Source: Devosia sp. | Lineage (GTDB): Bacteria > Pseudomonadota > Alphaproteobacteria > Rhizobiales > Devosiaceae | DNA length: 52,296 nucleotides | Direction: 5' to 3' | NCBI GenBank assembly: GCA_039920085.1 | Contig: JBDSEK010000183.1 | Span: 1-52,296 of the forward strand | In this document: positions 1 through 9,575 of the stretch, piece by piece | Layout of the letters: each line of letters opens with the position of its first letter | Position numbering within the stretch: the first letter of the stretch is position 1 | Program-made: the position numbers and the translations under genes | The notes under the pieces: generated by a model | What the model was told of the DNA's origin: nothing | Seen by the model: the letters and a program-made list of their open reading frames with translations, nothing else | Database searches by the model: none

Positions 1-1173
1 ATCCTGACCTTCATGCTGGCCGTGCAGATCGTCACCGGCATTGTGCTGGCGATGCACTACACACCGCAGGTCGATCTGGCTTTCGACTCGATCGAGTTGA
101 TCCGCCGCGATGTCAATGGCGGCCGCATCATCCAGGCGGTGCACGCTGTCGGCGCGTCGATGTTCTTTTTCGCGATGTATATCCACATCTTCCGCGGGCT
201 CTATTTCGGCTCCTACAAGGCGCCGCGCGAAGTGCTCTGGATCCTCGGCGTCATCATTTTCCTCTTGATGATGGCCACGGCGTTCATGGGTTATGTGCTG
301 CCCTGGGGTCAGATGAGCTATTGGGCCGCGGCGGTCATCACCAATATCTTCGCCGCCATTCCGATTGTTGGCGATCCAATCCTGCAGCTGCTGCGCGGCG
401 GCTTTGCGGTCGACAACCCGACGCTCAACCGCTTCTTCTCGCTCCACTATCTGCTGCCCTTCGTGATCGCGGCGGTGGTGGGCCTGCACATCTGGGCACT
501 ACATGTGCCCGGCAACAACAATCCCATCGGGGTTGAGGTAAAGTCGGATCGCGACACTGTGGCGTTCCATCCATACTACACGATGAAGGATTTCTTCGCG
601 ATCGTAGTGTTCTGTATCCCGTTTGCGTGGTTCGTCTTCTTCGCACCCGACATTCTCGGGCACCCGGACAACTACATCCAGGCGAACTCGCTGGTGACGC
701 CGCCCCATATCGTGCCGGAATGGTACTTCCTGCCGTTCTACGCCATCCTGCGCGCCATCGATTTTAACCTGCAGCTGGGCAGCTGGGTGATCGTCGACAG
801 CAAATTGCTGGGCGTCATCTTTTTTGGCGGCTCGATTCTGATCCTCTTGTTCGTGCCATGGCTCGATACCTCGAAGGTGCGCTCGGGCACGTTCCGGCCG
901 ATGTTCAAATGGTTCTACTGGCTGTTCGTGCTGAACTTTCTGGCGCTGCTTTATTTCGGTGCGCAGAGGCCAGATGCACCGGTTGGTCCATGGACCGTCG
1001 CGGATGTCAGCAAGCTCTCGGTGGCTTATTATTTCGCCTACTTCATCGTCATCCTGCCGCTGCTCGGCCGGTTCGAGCGGCCGCGGCCGCTGCCCGCCAG
1101 CATTTCAGAGGCGGTGCTGACTCAGCCTATTTCCGTCAGCGGGGCCGACCCTGCCATGCCGACTGCACACTGA
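1..1173 (+). CDS. petB: Cytochrome b of the bc1 complex (5'-truncated by the window edge)
   Basis: [23 protein letters not shown] and [13 protein letters not shown] motifs; frame is open to position 1. Confidence 0.97.
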   Translation: MLTFMLAVQIVTGIVLAMHYTPQVDLAFDSIELIRRDVNGGRIIQAVHAVGASMFFFAMYIHIFRGLYFGSYKAPREVLWILGVIIFLLMMATAFMGYVLPWGQMSYWAAAVITNIFAAIPIVGDPILQLLRGGFAVDNPTLNRFFSLHYLLPFVIAAVVGLHIWALHVPGNNNPIGVEVKSDRDTVAFHPYYTMKDFFAIVVFCIPFAWFVFFAPDILGHPDNYIQANSLVTPPHIVPEWYFLPFYAILRAIDFNLQLGSWVIVDSKLLGVIFFGGSILILLFVPWLDTSKVRSGTFRPMFKWFYWLFVLNFLALLYFGAQRPDAPVGPWTVADVSKLSVAYYFAYFIVILPLLGRFERPRPLPASISEAVLTQPISVSGADPAMPTAH

Positions 1174-1192
1174 GCCGGGACCGCACCAGAAC

Positions 1193-2062
1193 ATGATCAA
1201 GCTTCCGACCATTTTCGCGGCGTCCCTATTGGCCGTCGGGTTGTTCGCCGGCCCATCCCTCTCTCAGGAGGGGCACGAAGCACCGGCGATCGAGCGCCAG
1301 CCCTGGAGCTTTGCCGGGCTGTTTGGCACCTACGACAAACATCAGTTGCAGCGCGGCTTTCAGGTCTTCCGCGAGGTGTGCTCCAGCTGCCACAGCGCTC
1401 GGCTGCTGGCTTTCCGAAATCTCGAGGAAGAGGGCGGGCCTGAATTCTCGGAAGCACAGATCAAGGCCTTGGCGGCGGAATACACTATCAATGATCCGGA
1501 CGCCGAAGGCGGCACCCGCAAGGGTCTGGCGTCCGATCGCTGGCCGGGGCCGCCGCTCAGCAGGGCAGACCTCGTGGCCTCGTTCGGTAGCGTGCCGCCC
1601 GATCTGTCGGTGATGGCCAAGGCCCGCAATGTGGTCTCGCCGTTCCCGCAATGGGTCTTCAACTACTTCACGATTTATGCGGAGGCCGGGCCGGACTACA
1701 TTCATGCCCTGCTCAACGGCTATCACGAGACGGTCCCCGAGGGTGCGACCGACGCCGAAGGGAAGCCATTCGTGCTGCCCGAGGGCAAATTCTACAATGA
1801 CGTGTTCCCGGGTCACGCAATCGGCATGCCGCCGCCGCTGACGGAGGGTGCCGTGGCCTATGCGCAGCCCGAGGCGGGCGGCGTCGCGGTGCCGGTGACG
1901 GTCGAGCAATACTCCGAAGACGTCTCGGCGTTCTTTATGTGGGTGGCGGAACCGCATTTGGTGGCGCGCAAGGAAGCCGGGCTGCGGGTGATGCTGTTCA
2001 TCCTGCTGCTGGCGGGGATCATGTACATGGTCAAGAACCGGCTGTGGTCGAAGGTTCATTGA
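1193..2062 (+). CDS. petC: Cytochrome c1
   Basis: Signal peptide, QLQRGFQVFREVCSSCH heme motif, PPDLS, MPPPL, C-terminal TM helix; follows petB. Confidence 0.96.
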   Translation: MIKLPTIFAASLLAVGLFAGPSLSQEGHEAPAIERQPWSFAGLFGTYDKHQLQRGFQVFREVCSSCHSARLLAFRNLEEEGGPEFSEAQIKALAAEYTINDPDAEGGTRKGLASDRWPGPPLSRADLVASFGSVPPDLSVMAKARNVVSPFPQWVFNYFTIYAEAGPDYIHALLNGYHETVPEGATDAEGKPFVLPEGKFYNDVFPGHAIGMPPPLTEGAVAYAQPEAGGVAVPVTVEQYSEDVSAFFMWVAEPHLVARKEAGLRVMLFILLLAGIMYMVKNRLWSKVH

Positions 2063-2084
2063 GCCTGCGGCCAAGCCATCGTTG

Positions 2085-2111
2085 AAGGGCCCTTTGGGGC
2101 CCTTTTCCTTT
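2085..2111 (+). terminator. Rho-independent terminator after petC
   Basis: AAGGGCCC-tttg-GGGCCCTT stem followed by TTCCTTT. Confidence 0.75.
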
Positions 2112-2165
2112 GGCGCGACGCGTGGCAGTTTGGCGCTGTCGTTACTCAACGTCCAAGGGGCCGCC

Positions 2166-2360
2166 ATGGCGCCGTTCCGAGCCGCTGTTACAATCGTCGG
2201 AGTTGCCGTTGCCGCCGCGCGCCATCCGATGGTTCGCGCCGCGATCAAGGCAGCGCCGCTGCTGATTACGCCGAGGATGCGCGAGATGGCGGCGGAAGCG
2301 ACGCTGGAGACGGCGTTCCGCGCGGGTGCACTAGCGCGCAGGGTCGTGCGCCGCACCTGA
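2166..2360 (+). CDS. Small hypothetical protein (about 64 aa)
   Basis: ATG at 2166 after AAGGGG; stop overlaps the apt start (TGATG). Confidence 0.5.
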   Translation: MAPFRAAVTIVGVAVAAARHPMVRAAIKAAPLLITPRMREMAAEATLETAFRAGALARRVVRRT

Positions 2361-2890
2361 TGCTCGACCTCGCGAGCCTTATCCGCACCATCCCCGACTA
2401 TCCCAAGCCGGGGATTTTGTTTCGCGACATCACGACGCTGATCGAGCACCCGCAGGGTTTTCGCGAAAGCGTCGAGCGGCTGGCGGAAATGCATCGTGGC
2501 ATCGGCGTCACGCACGTAGCCGGGATCGAGGCGAGGGGCTTCATCTTCGGCGCGGGCGTCGCCATTGCGCTCGGCGTCGGGTTCGTGCCGGTGCGCAAAA
2601 AAGGCAAGCTGCCCGGCGAAACCATCGGCCAGAACTACGCACTCGAATACGGTGTCGATACCATCGAGATTCATGCCGATGTGCTGACGGACCGTCACAA
2701 GGTTCTGCTGGTCGACGATCTGGTCGCCACCGGAGGCACGGCGGTCGCCGCAACTGGCCTCCTCAGGCGAACGGGTGCCGTCGTTGAGAATGCAGGGTTC
2801 GTGATCGACCTTCCCGACCTGGGCGGAGCACAAAAGCTGCGCAACGCGGGCGTAGCTGTCAGGGCCCTAGTGGAGTTTTCCGGACACTAG
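2360..2890 (+). CDS. apt: Adenine phosphoribosyltransferase
   Basis: [38 protein letters not shown]-binding motif. Confidence 0.97.
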   Translation: MLDLASLIRTIPDYPKPGILFRDITTLIEHPQGFRESVERLAEMHRGIGVTHVAGIEARGFIFGAGVAIALGVGFVPVRKKGKLPGETIGQNYALEYGVDTIEIHADVLTDRHKVLLVDDLVATGGTAVAATGLLRRTGAVVENAGFVIDLPDLGGAQKLRNAGVAVRALVEFSGH

Positions 2891-3035
2891 GCCCAACATC
2901 GGTTTTGCACTGAAAACCGCTACTCTGGCTCAATATCGATCTTCTACTTATTGGCAATCACTCCCCGCTCGGCGATGATTCTAAGCGGAGGGGGCCGCTT
3001 CGGCGGTTGGTGTCATTTTTTCGACCACGCACCTA

Positions 3036-3719
3036 TTGTCACGACTGGACGACATTCAGTTCGCTGACACCACCGGCGATCTCAACGATGCCTTCGATCA
3101 GGCCGTCGCCGATTTCGGTGGGCAGGGTTTCGCGATTGGCGTGATCGGTCCCGGCGTCCCGTGCGTTCAGCAGCAGCGCGGTCTGCAACGCTGGATCGAC
3201 TATTACACTGAATCCGGACTCTACCGTAGTTGCGCGTTCACCAAGCGCACTTTGAGCTCGCTCATCCCCTTCACCTGGGACGAGGAAATCGCCGAGGCGG
3301 GTGAGGGTGCCTTGGCAGTTGTCTCCGCCGCGGAGGCCTTTGGCGTGAAACATGGCCTCCATGGTCCTGTGGTGACGCGAGAGGGCTTTCGTGGCGGCGT
3401 CTTCGTACAATCGGAACGAGCCGAGCTCTCCGACGAGCAGAGGCCGGCACTCATCCTGCTGTCGCTCGCCGCGCATGGGCGGCTGGAGCAGCTTGGGTCC
3501 ATGAGTGTTGCCGCACAAGCGGATCTATCGCCCCGTGAGCGCGAAATCCTGATTTGGTTTGCCGAAGGTAAGTCCTGCGAGGACGTCGCCGCGATTGGCG
3601 GAATTTCGCGGGCAACGGTGATGTTTCACTACCGAAATGTGGCGGGTCGCTACGGCACGCTCAATCGTACACACACAGTGGTCGAAGCCATGCGACGCGG
3701 TGCCTTGGCCCTCAATTAG
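3036..3719 (+). CDS. LuxR-family regulator with autoinducer-binding-like domain (LuxR solo)
   Basis: WIDYY...PFTW N-terminal domain plus LSPREREILIWFAEGKS LuxR HTH; no luxI in the window. Confidence 0.85.
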   Translation: MSRLDDIQFADTTGDLNDAFDQAVADFGGQGFAIGVIGPGVPCVQQQRGLQRWIDYYTESGLYRSCAFTKRTLSSLIPFTWDEEIAEAGEGALAVVSAAEAFGVKHGLHGPVVTREGFRGGVFVQSERAELSDEQRPALILLSLAAHGRLEQLGSMSVAAQADLSPREREILIWFAEGKSCEDVAAIGGISRATVMFHYRNVAGRYGTLNRTHTVVEAMRRGALALN

Positions 3720-4354
3720 GCCTTAAGTGTCAAGCGGATCATTTCGGCCGTGTTGCGTGCCCCCAGTTTGTGCATGGCCGCGGCGCGGTGGACTTCGACC
3801 GTGCGCGGGGAGATACCGAGGCCCTGTGCAGCCTCCTTGTTGGTTTCGCCGGCTACGACGCGGCGCAGGACCTCAAGCTCACGCGGCGTCAAGCTCGACA
3901 GACCTTGCACGTTCGGTACACCATTGGCACCTTCCCCAATTCTCAGATCGGCCCGCAACTCGTCAGTAACCGCGCGAACGATTTCGGTGAATTGGAACGG
4001 CTTTACAAAAACCGATACAGCTCCGGAACGCACCGCTTTGACAACTTCGGCCGCTTCGGGATTGGTCTCTGCCAAGGCAAATATCCGCACGCCGAAGGCC
4101 AAAATGCGCAGCGCTCCTACGAGATCGGCCTCCTGCCGCACCAAGGCGAGGTCGACTAGAATGACATCCGGACGGTGCAACTCGATCAAGCGTGCCAGAC
4201 CGTCGACGGTCTGGGTATGGGAGCTCATGAAGCCCTGCTCGGTGAACGCCGCTGCCAGCCGCTCGCACTCGGCCGGATCGGGGTGCAAGGCGTAAACCAC
4301 GCGGTTGCGGTTGAGAAATGGACGGTAGGTTGGCGATGCGTCAGTCCCGGCCAT
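3716..4354 (-). CDS. FixJ/NarL-like response regulator (REC plus LuxR HTH)
   Basis: PDVILVD, VFVKPF, LTPRELEVL...GETNKEAAQGLGISPRTVEVHRA. Confidence 0.85.
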   Translation of the reverse strand: MAGTDASPTYRPFLNRNRVVYALHPDPAECERLAAAFTEQGFMSSHTQTVDGLARLIELHRPDVILVDLALVRQEADLVGALRILAFGVRIFALAETNPEAAEVVKAVRSGAVSVFVKPFQFTEIVRAVTDELRADLRIGEGANGVPNVQGLSSLTPRELEVLRRVVAGETNKEAAQGLGISPRTVEVHRAAAMHKLGARNTAEMIRLTLKA

Positions 4355-4534
4355 ATGGGTTATCCCTCAGCAGAACGACGACTTACCTAGTATGCTCAAC
4401 TAAGGCGCGCGGGGCCGCCCTTGCGCAACTATCGAAATGACTAGGAATGGCGATCTCATGATCACAAATTCTCGATCAAGATTTTCCTAACACTTGCAAA
4501 ACGAGAGAATAACGTTCTCCAGGTTCACTCAGTT

Positions 4535-4891
4535 CTAGCGTGGTGTACAGGCGAGGATCGGTTTGACCGGTGTGTATAGTGTCAGGGTGTTGTTACCCTC
4601 GGCATCGAAGCTCACGAGGCCGACCGTGACCCCCACCAGTGTCAGATTGCCGTCGACAAAAGTGACACCGTCTGAAGCGAGTTGCGCATTGCCTGAGCCG
4701 GACGCGGTCGAGCCGAAATTGGCCGATGCATAGCCATAACTCCCCGCAAATATGGTCAGGATGCCGGCCTTGGTGTTGTCGATGAGGGCGGTGCAGCCCC
4801 AATTGCCTTCTGCGGGACTGATCGTCTGCTGGGCAGCGACGGAAGTCATGCCACCGAGCGAGAGGGCAAATAGGCAAAGCAGTCGGCGCAT
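4535..4891 (-). CDS. Hypothetical exported protein
   Basis: N-terminal signal peptide, two Cys; lies 4 nt after the MaoC gene stop. Confidence 0.65.
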   Translation of the reverse strand: MRRLLCLFALSLGGMTSVAAQQTISPAEGNWGCTALIDNTKAGILTIFAGSYGYASANFGSTASGSGNAQLASDGVTFVDGNLTLVGVTVGLVSFDAEGNNTLTLYTPVKPILACTPR

Positions 4892-4895
4892 CGGG

Positions 4896-5453
4896 TTACC
4901 CTTTCGAGGCGAGCAATTTCCCCAAAAGGGGCACGCGGGTCAACGTCATGAGGATCGCCGTGCTCCATGGCATTTTGTAGTCGCGGAGCTTGGAAAAGCC
5001 GACCAGCTCGGCGTGATAGACCACCTCGCCACGCTGGTTGCTGCCCTCAAGCGTATTGAACAGCAGGCCCCAGCCCGGGATGGAGTTGGATGCACGCTTA
5101 CCGGTGACCATGAGGGTGTATGTTACGATGTCGCCCGGCCGTACCGGCGCTTTAAAGCTCATTGTGTTGACGCCCGGCGAGGGGCCGGAGACGCCGGGCT
5201 CGCGCCCAATCGCCCGCAGGCGCGCTTCTTCCGCGAAGAGGGCGTCGACCATCTTGCGATGTCCGACGACCACCGTGTGCCAGCCCGATGCGACCAAGCC
5301 ACCGAAATGGCTGTGCCGGGCAGCCTCTGGGTCGAGGTGAAAATATTGCGGGTCGTAGAGGCGGCCAAAGCGGATGATTTCGGCCTCCGTGAATTCGTGA
5401 TCTCCGAGGGGAAAGACTTCGTCGACGGCGATATCCTCGAACCAGCGGGTCAC
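4896..5453 (-). CDS. MaoC-family (hot-dog) dehydratase
   Basis: WFED, YDPQYFHLDPEAA...FGGLVASGWHT, PVRPGD. Confidence 0.9.
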   Translation of the reverse strand: MTRWFEDIAVDEVFPLGDHEFTEAEIIRFGRLYDPQYFHLDPEAARHSHFGGLVASGWHTVVVGHRKMVDALFAEEARLRAIGREPGVSGPSPGVNTMSFKAPVRPGDIVTYTLMVTGKRASNSIPGWGLLFNTLEGSNQRGEVVYHAELVGFSKLRDYKMPWSTAILMTLTRVPLLGKLLASKG

Positions 5454-5965
5454 GGTCGTTCTCCACTGGTGGGGGGAGTGGAGGGGTCGCGCAGTTCGAC
5501 CAGATTGGCGAGGCGCATGGACATTGCCGGCTCGCGGCGCTGATTGCGGATGTCGAAATCGAGCGTGACGATGCCGCGTTCGGGATGGGAGCGCGAGCGA
5601 CGGAGGGCCACGATGGTGGCGGTGCCGCCGATCGAATCATCGACCATCACCGGCTTCTTCCATTTGAGGTCAGAAAAGCCGAGCCCGCCCATCGATGCTA
5701 CGCGGCTCAGGAACGCATCGTCCAGCATCTTCAGCGAGAGAGCGGCGGTCTGCCAACCGCTGGCCGCGAGCCCCCCGAGCAGCGACGCTTTGGCCGCCGC
5801 CTCATCAAGGTGAAAGGGGAAGGGATCGAACTCGCGGGCGAATTCGATGATCATCGGCTTGGTCACAATCGTGCCGCCCAATTCGATCACTTCGCCCAAA
5901 GCGAGGTCCTCGAAATAGCGGCGATTTTCGGTCACGGGGTTCACCGGCGGGCTTTTAGCGCGCAC
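5450..5965 (-). CDS. MaoC-family dehydratase (start uncertain)
   Basis: YFEDL, FDPFPFHLDEAAA...GGLAASGWQT; tandem paralog overlapping the next gene by 4 nt. Confidence 0.9.
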   Translation of the reverse strand: MRAKSPPVNPVTENRRYFEDLALGEVIELGGTIVTKPMIIEFAREFDPFPFHLDEAAAKASLLGGLAASGWQTAALSLKMLDDAFLSRVASMGGLGFSDLKWKKPVMVDDSIGGTATIVALRRSRSHPERGIVTLDFDIRNQRREPAMSMRLANLVELRDPSTPPTSGERP

Positions 5966-5983
5966 CGCCGGTGAAAGCGATTG

Positions 5984-6289
5984 CTACTTGGCGCGCACCT
6001 CCGCGACGACCTCGCCGGACACCGGGTCGGTGACGCCAAGGCCGTTGCCGAGATCCTCGAGTAGCGGACGGATTTCATCAAGAAAGCCGATCATGGTCGG
6101 GCGCGCGGCGACGATGTCGTCGAATTTCGCCCATTTGCCGATGAAGCAATAGGTCCGATCGCCGGTCTTGATCAACGCGCCGTCGATAGCGCCCCGCATC
6201 TCGTCGTCGAAGGATTTGCGCTGGCTTGCGACGAACTGGTCCTCCATGCCTGGTTTCACCCGGAACCGAACCACATTGTAGGCAGTCAT
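5984..6289 (-). CDS. Dimeric alpha/beta-barrel (ABM-like) small protein
   Basis: YNVVRFRVKPGMEDQF N-terminus, GVTDPVSG C-terminus; GGAGG RBS. Confidence 0.75.
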   Translation of the reverse strand: MTAYNVVRFRVKPGMEDQFVASQRKSFDDEMRGAIDGALIKTGDRTYCFIGKWAKFDDIVAARPTMIGFLDEIRPLLEDLGNGLGVTDPVSGEVVAEVRAK

Positions 6290-6362
6290 TTGCGACCTCC
6301 CTTGGCTTGTCGTTTGAGCAAGACTAGACCCGGGCGCGGCTACTAGCCAGCGCGCCCAGGGC

Positions 6363-7460
6363 CTAGGTGTTAAAGCGGAACAGCATCACGTCGCCATCCT
6401 TGACGACATAGTCCTTGCCCTCGTCGCGCGCCTTGCCGGCTTCCTTGGCTGGGACTTCGCCACCGAGCGTGACGTAGTCGTCATAGGCGATGGTCTGGGC
6501 ACGGATGAAGCCGCGTTCGAAATCGGTGTGGATGACGCCAGCCGCCTGTGGGGCGCGGTCGCCTCTGTGGATGGTCCAGGCGCGAGCCTCTTTGGGGCCG
6601 GCGGTGAAATAGGTTTGAAGGCCCAGCAGCTGGTAGGCTTCGCGGATCAATCGATTGAGGCCGGGCTCGCCGAGCCCAAGGCTTTCGAGATATTCGGCCT
6701 GCTCGGCATCGGGGAGCTGTGCGAGCTGGCTTTCGATCTCGGCCGAAATGACGATCACGGCGGCGTTGTGCTGGCGGGCATAGGCCTCGATCTGTTTGGT
6801 CATGGCGTTGCCGGTCGCGGCCGAGGCCTCATCGACATTGCACACGTAGAGCGCCGGTTTAGAAGTCAGCAGCTGGAGCTCGCGGAACGCCTTCTCCTCG
6901 TCGGAGCTTCGCTCCACCAGCCGCGCCGATTTGCCGTCGCTCAGCAGTGCGAGCGCACGGTCGATGAGATCGAGGACGAGCTTGCTCTCCTTGTCGCCCC
7001 CCTTGGCTTTCTTCTCGACACCGTTGCGGCGCTTCTCAAGGCTTTCGAGGTCAGCGAGCATCAGTTCGGTTTCGACCACTTCGGCGTCGGCGATGGGATC
7101 GACCTTGTTGGCGACGTGGATGATGTTGGGGTCTTCGAAGCAGCGCAGCACATAAGCGATCGCGTCGCATTCGCGGATATTGGCGAGAAACTGATTGCCG
7201 AGGCCTTCGCCCTTGCTGGCGCCTTTGACGAGGCCCGCGATATCGACAAAGCTCATCCGTGCCGGAATGACCTGCGCGGATTTGGCAATGATCGCGAGCT
7301 TGTCCAGCCGAGAATCGGGAACCGCGACCTCACCGGTGTTGGGTTCGATCGTGCAGAACGGGAAGTTCGCGGCCTGCGCATTGGCGGTGCGGGTCAGCGC
7401 ATTGAACAGCGTCGATTTGCCGACATTGGGCAAGCCAACAATGCCCATCTTGAAACCCAT
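6363..7460 (-). CDS. ychF: Redox-regulated ribosome-binding ATPase YchF
   Basis: GIVGLPNVGKST, NFPFCTIEPN, DIAGLVKGASKGEGLGNQFL, TGS domain. Confidence 0.98.
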   Translation of the reverse strand: MGFKMGIVGLPNVGKSTLFNALTRTANAQAANFPFCTIEPNTGEVAVPDSRLDKLAIIAKSAQVIPARMSFVDIAGLVKGASKGEGLGNQFLANIRECDAIAYVLRCFEDPNIIHVANKVDPIADAEVVETELMLADLESLEKRRNGVEKKAKGGDKESKLVLDLIDRALALLSDGKSARLVERSSDEEKAFRELQLLTSKPALYVCNVDEASAATGNAMTKQIEAYARQHNAAVIVISAEIESQLAQLPDAEQAEYLESLGLGEPGLNRLIREAYQLLGLQTYFTAGPKEARAWTIHRGDRAPQAAGVIHTDFERGFIRAQTIAYDDYVTLGGEVPAKEAGKARDEGKDYVVKDGDVMLFRFNT

Positions 7461-7517
7461 TGAACTCTCCGGAGGAAGCTTCCGCTCACATCGTGCCGGG
7501 CGGCGGGCAAGTCAACA

Positions 7518-8246
7518 CTAGTCCGTCTTTCGTCCGAAGAGCTTCGCGAGCAGTTCGGCCATGGGCCCGGTCTTGGGCGCCTTGGGCAACGGCGCTGGGC
7601 GGGCCGCGCGGATGTGGCTCTGGGCTTTTTTGCGGGTCGGGTCGGCGGTCTCGGGCCGCTCAGGTCGGGCCGCGCCATCGCCCTGCACGGCCAATGCGAG
7701 CTTGTTCATCAGGCCGCTATCGTCGCCCTTGACGATGAGGCCGGCATTGTCGGCGAGCGTCGCAAGCAGCGGATCGAGCCACAGCCGGTCGGCCTTGCTG
7801 AAGTCTGCGAGCACGTGGCCGATGACGCGATCTTTGTGGCCGGGATGGCCGATGCCGAGCCGGATGCGGCGATAGCCCGTGCCGATGCGCGGATCGATGG
7901 AGCGGAGGCCGTTGTGACCGCCATTACCACCGCCAATCTTGACCCGCACCTTGCCCGGGACGAGATCGAGTTCGTCGTAGAGCACAGTGAGATCGGCCGG
8001 GGTCAGCTTATAGAATTGCATGGCCTGCTCGATGGCCTGGCCCGAGCGGTTCATCATGGTGAGGGGCTTTAGAACCAGAACCTTCTCGCCCTCGATCGTT
8101 CCTTCGGAGACGAGCGCGGTGAATTTTTCGCGGTAGGGCGCCAGGCCATGGCGGGCGACGATCGCGTCGGCGGCCAGAAAGCCGATATTGTGACGATTGC
8201 TGCGGAATTTGTCGCCCGTATTGCCGAGGCCGGCGATCAGGTGCAT
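7518..8246 (-). CDS. pth: Peptidyl-tRNA hydrolase
   Basis: GLGN, RHNIGF, KPLTMMNRSG, GGHNGLRSI, RIRLGIG. Confidence 0.96.
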   Translation of the reverse strand: MHLIAGLGNTGDKFRSNRHNIGFLAADAIVARHGLAPYREKFTALVSEGTIEGEKVLVLKPLTMMNRSGQAIEQAMQFYKLTPADLTVLYDELDLVPGKVRVKIGGGNGGHNGLRSIDPRIGTGYRRIRLGIGHPGHKDRVIGHVLADFSKADRLWLDPLLATLADNAGLIVKGDDSGLMNKLALAVQGDGAARPERPETADPTRKKAQSHIRAARPAPLPKAPKTGPMAELLAKLFGRKTD

Positions 8247-8303
8247 CGCGTTGCTCCTCAGGGCGAGACGACCGGGGCGGCCGAAGCCGCCCCAAAGCCG
8301 ATC

Positions 8304-9023
8304 TTACTTCTTGTCCTTGCCGGGCGCGGCAGCGGGAGCCGCCTTGGCACCAGCGGCGGGAGCTGCCTTGGCACCAGCCGCGGGAGCTGCGCCAGCGGCA
8401 GGCGCCGCAGCGGCGGCCGCCGCCTCGGCGGCAGCGGGAGCCGCTGCCTCTTCCGACCTCAGCGCGGAGGGCGCCGCGATGGTCGCAATCGTCAGATCCG
8501 CTTCGTGGCTGCGAACTTTGGTGCCCTTGGGCAGGGTCACGGACGAAATATGGATCGAGTCGCCAATGTCCTTGCCGGTCAGATCGATGACGATCTCTTC
8601 GGGGATGGAATCGGCGAGGGTCGAGAGCTCCACCGTGTGATGGACGATGTTGAGCACGCCGCCTTTCTTGATGCCCGGGCTCTCTTCCTGATTGATGAAG
8701 TGAACCGCCACATTAACGTTCAGGCGGGTGTGGGCGCCGATGCGGAGGAAATCCACATGCATCGCCTTGTCGCTGACCGGATCGAGCGCATAGTCGCGCG
8801 GGATCACGCGGTGCTCGGCGCCATCCACATCGAGGGTGATGATGTGGGAGAGGAAGCCACCGTCATAGATGCGGCGCATCGCGTCATTGTAGGAGATCGA
8901 GACGGGCAGGGGATCTTTCTTGTCGCCGTAAATGACGGCGGGAATCATGCCTTCGCGACGCAGTGCTCGAGCGGCCCCCTTGCCCACCCCGCTCCGCGCC
9001 TTGGCTTTCAGTGCAGTCGCCAT
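8304..9023 (-). CDS. rplY: 50S ribosomal protein L25/Ctc with Ala/Pro-rich tail
   Basis: GKGAARALRREGMIPAVIYG, HVDFLR; conserved rplY-pth-ychF order. Confidence 0.96.
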   Translation of the reverse strand: MATALKAKARSGVGKGAARALRREGMIPAVIYGDKKDPLPVSISYNDAMRRIYDGGFLSHIITLDVDGAEHRVIPRDYALDPVSDKAMHVDFLRIGAHTRLNVNVAVHFINQEESPGIKKGGVLNIVHHTVELSTLADSIPEEIVIDLTGKDIGDSIHISSVTLPKGTKVRSHEADLTIATIAAPSALRSEEAAAPAAAEAAAAAAAPAAGAAPAAGAKAAPAAGAKAAPAAAPGKDKK

Positions 9024-9152
9024 GGAACGTATCCTTGGGTTAGTGCGACGGACTTGGGTTACCCCAAAACATCGCGCGCCCGTCCTCCAGGGGTGACAGG
9101 CGCTTCATGGCGCGGGTCTATAGGGGAAAGGCCCCAAATGGGCAAGTGTGGC

Positions 9153-9542
9153 CTATTTCGGCGGCGAATAGCCCTTTGGTGCTTCCATCATCAGGCCAAT
9201 CAAATGCCCGTCGGGGTCGCGGATGAAGGCCATCCAGAGGTCGTGGTCGGGCATGGGCGAGATGAGATGCGCCGCGCTGACGATTTCGACGCCTTTCTCC
9301 TCCAGTTCGGCTTGCGCCAGCAACAAATCGGCGACCCGGAAATAGAGCGCGCCCTGGGCCACCAGGGGGCCCTGGCCCTCCTCGGGCGGGGCGAGCATCA
9401 GCCGGGTGCCCGCGCAGTCGAAGAAGGCGAGATCGCCATAGCGGTAGAGCTTCTTCAGCCCCAGGGTCTGTTCGTAAAAGGCCTCGGCGCGGTCGGTGTT
9501 GCTGACCGCGATGGCAATCTGCCCGATCTGGCTGAGCTGCAT
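9153..9542 (-). CDS. VOC/glyoxalase family protein
   Basis: IGQIAIAV...AFY, WMAFIRDPDGHLIGLM. Confidence 0.9.
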   Translation of the reverse strand: MQLSQIGQIAIAVSNTDRAEAFYEQTLGLKKLYRYGDLAFFDCAGTRLMLAPPEEGQGPLVAQGALYFRVADLLLAQAELEEKGVEIVSAAHLISPMPDHDLWMAFIRDPDGHLIGLMMEAPKGYSPPK

Positions 9543-9575
9543 CTTGGCCTCCCAGTAGGAGTCTAGCCGATTGCC

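Noticed and set aside
1226-2833. 535-aa minus-strand ORF (likewise 8148-9566 and 46420-47820 on +)
   Set aside because: Each lies antisense to confidently identified genes.
4514-4535. Three GTTC motifs as a LexA box
   Set aside because: The spacers are 5 nt, not the required 7.
8304-8450. Repeats in the rplY 3' end as a mobile or regulatory element
   Set aside because: They encode the ordinary low-complexity Ala/Pro/Lys tail (AAPAAGAK repeats) common in Ctc-type L25.
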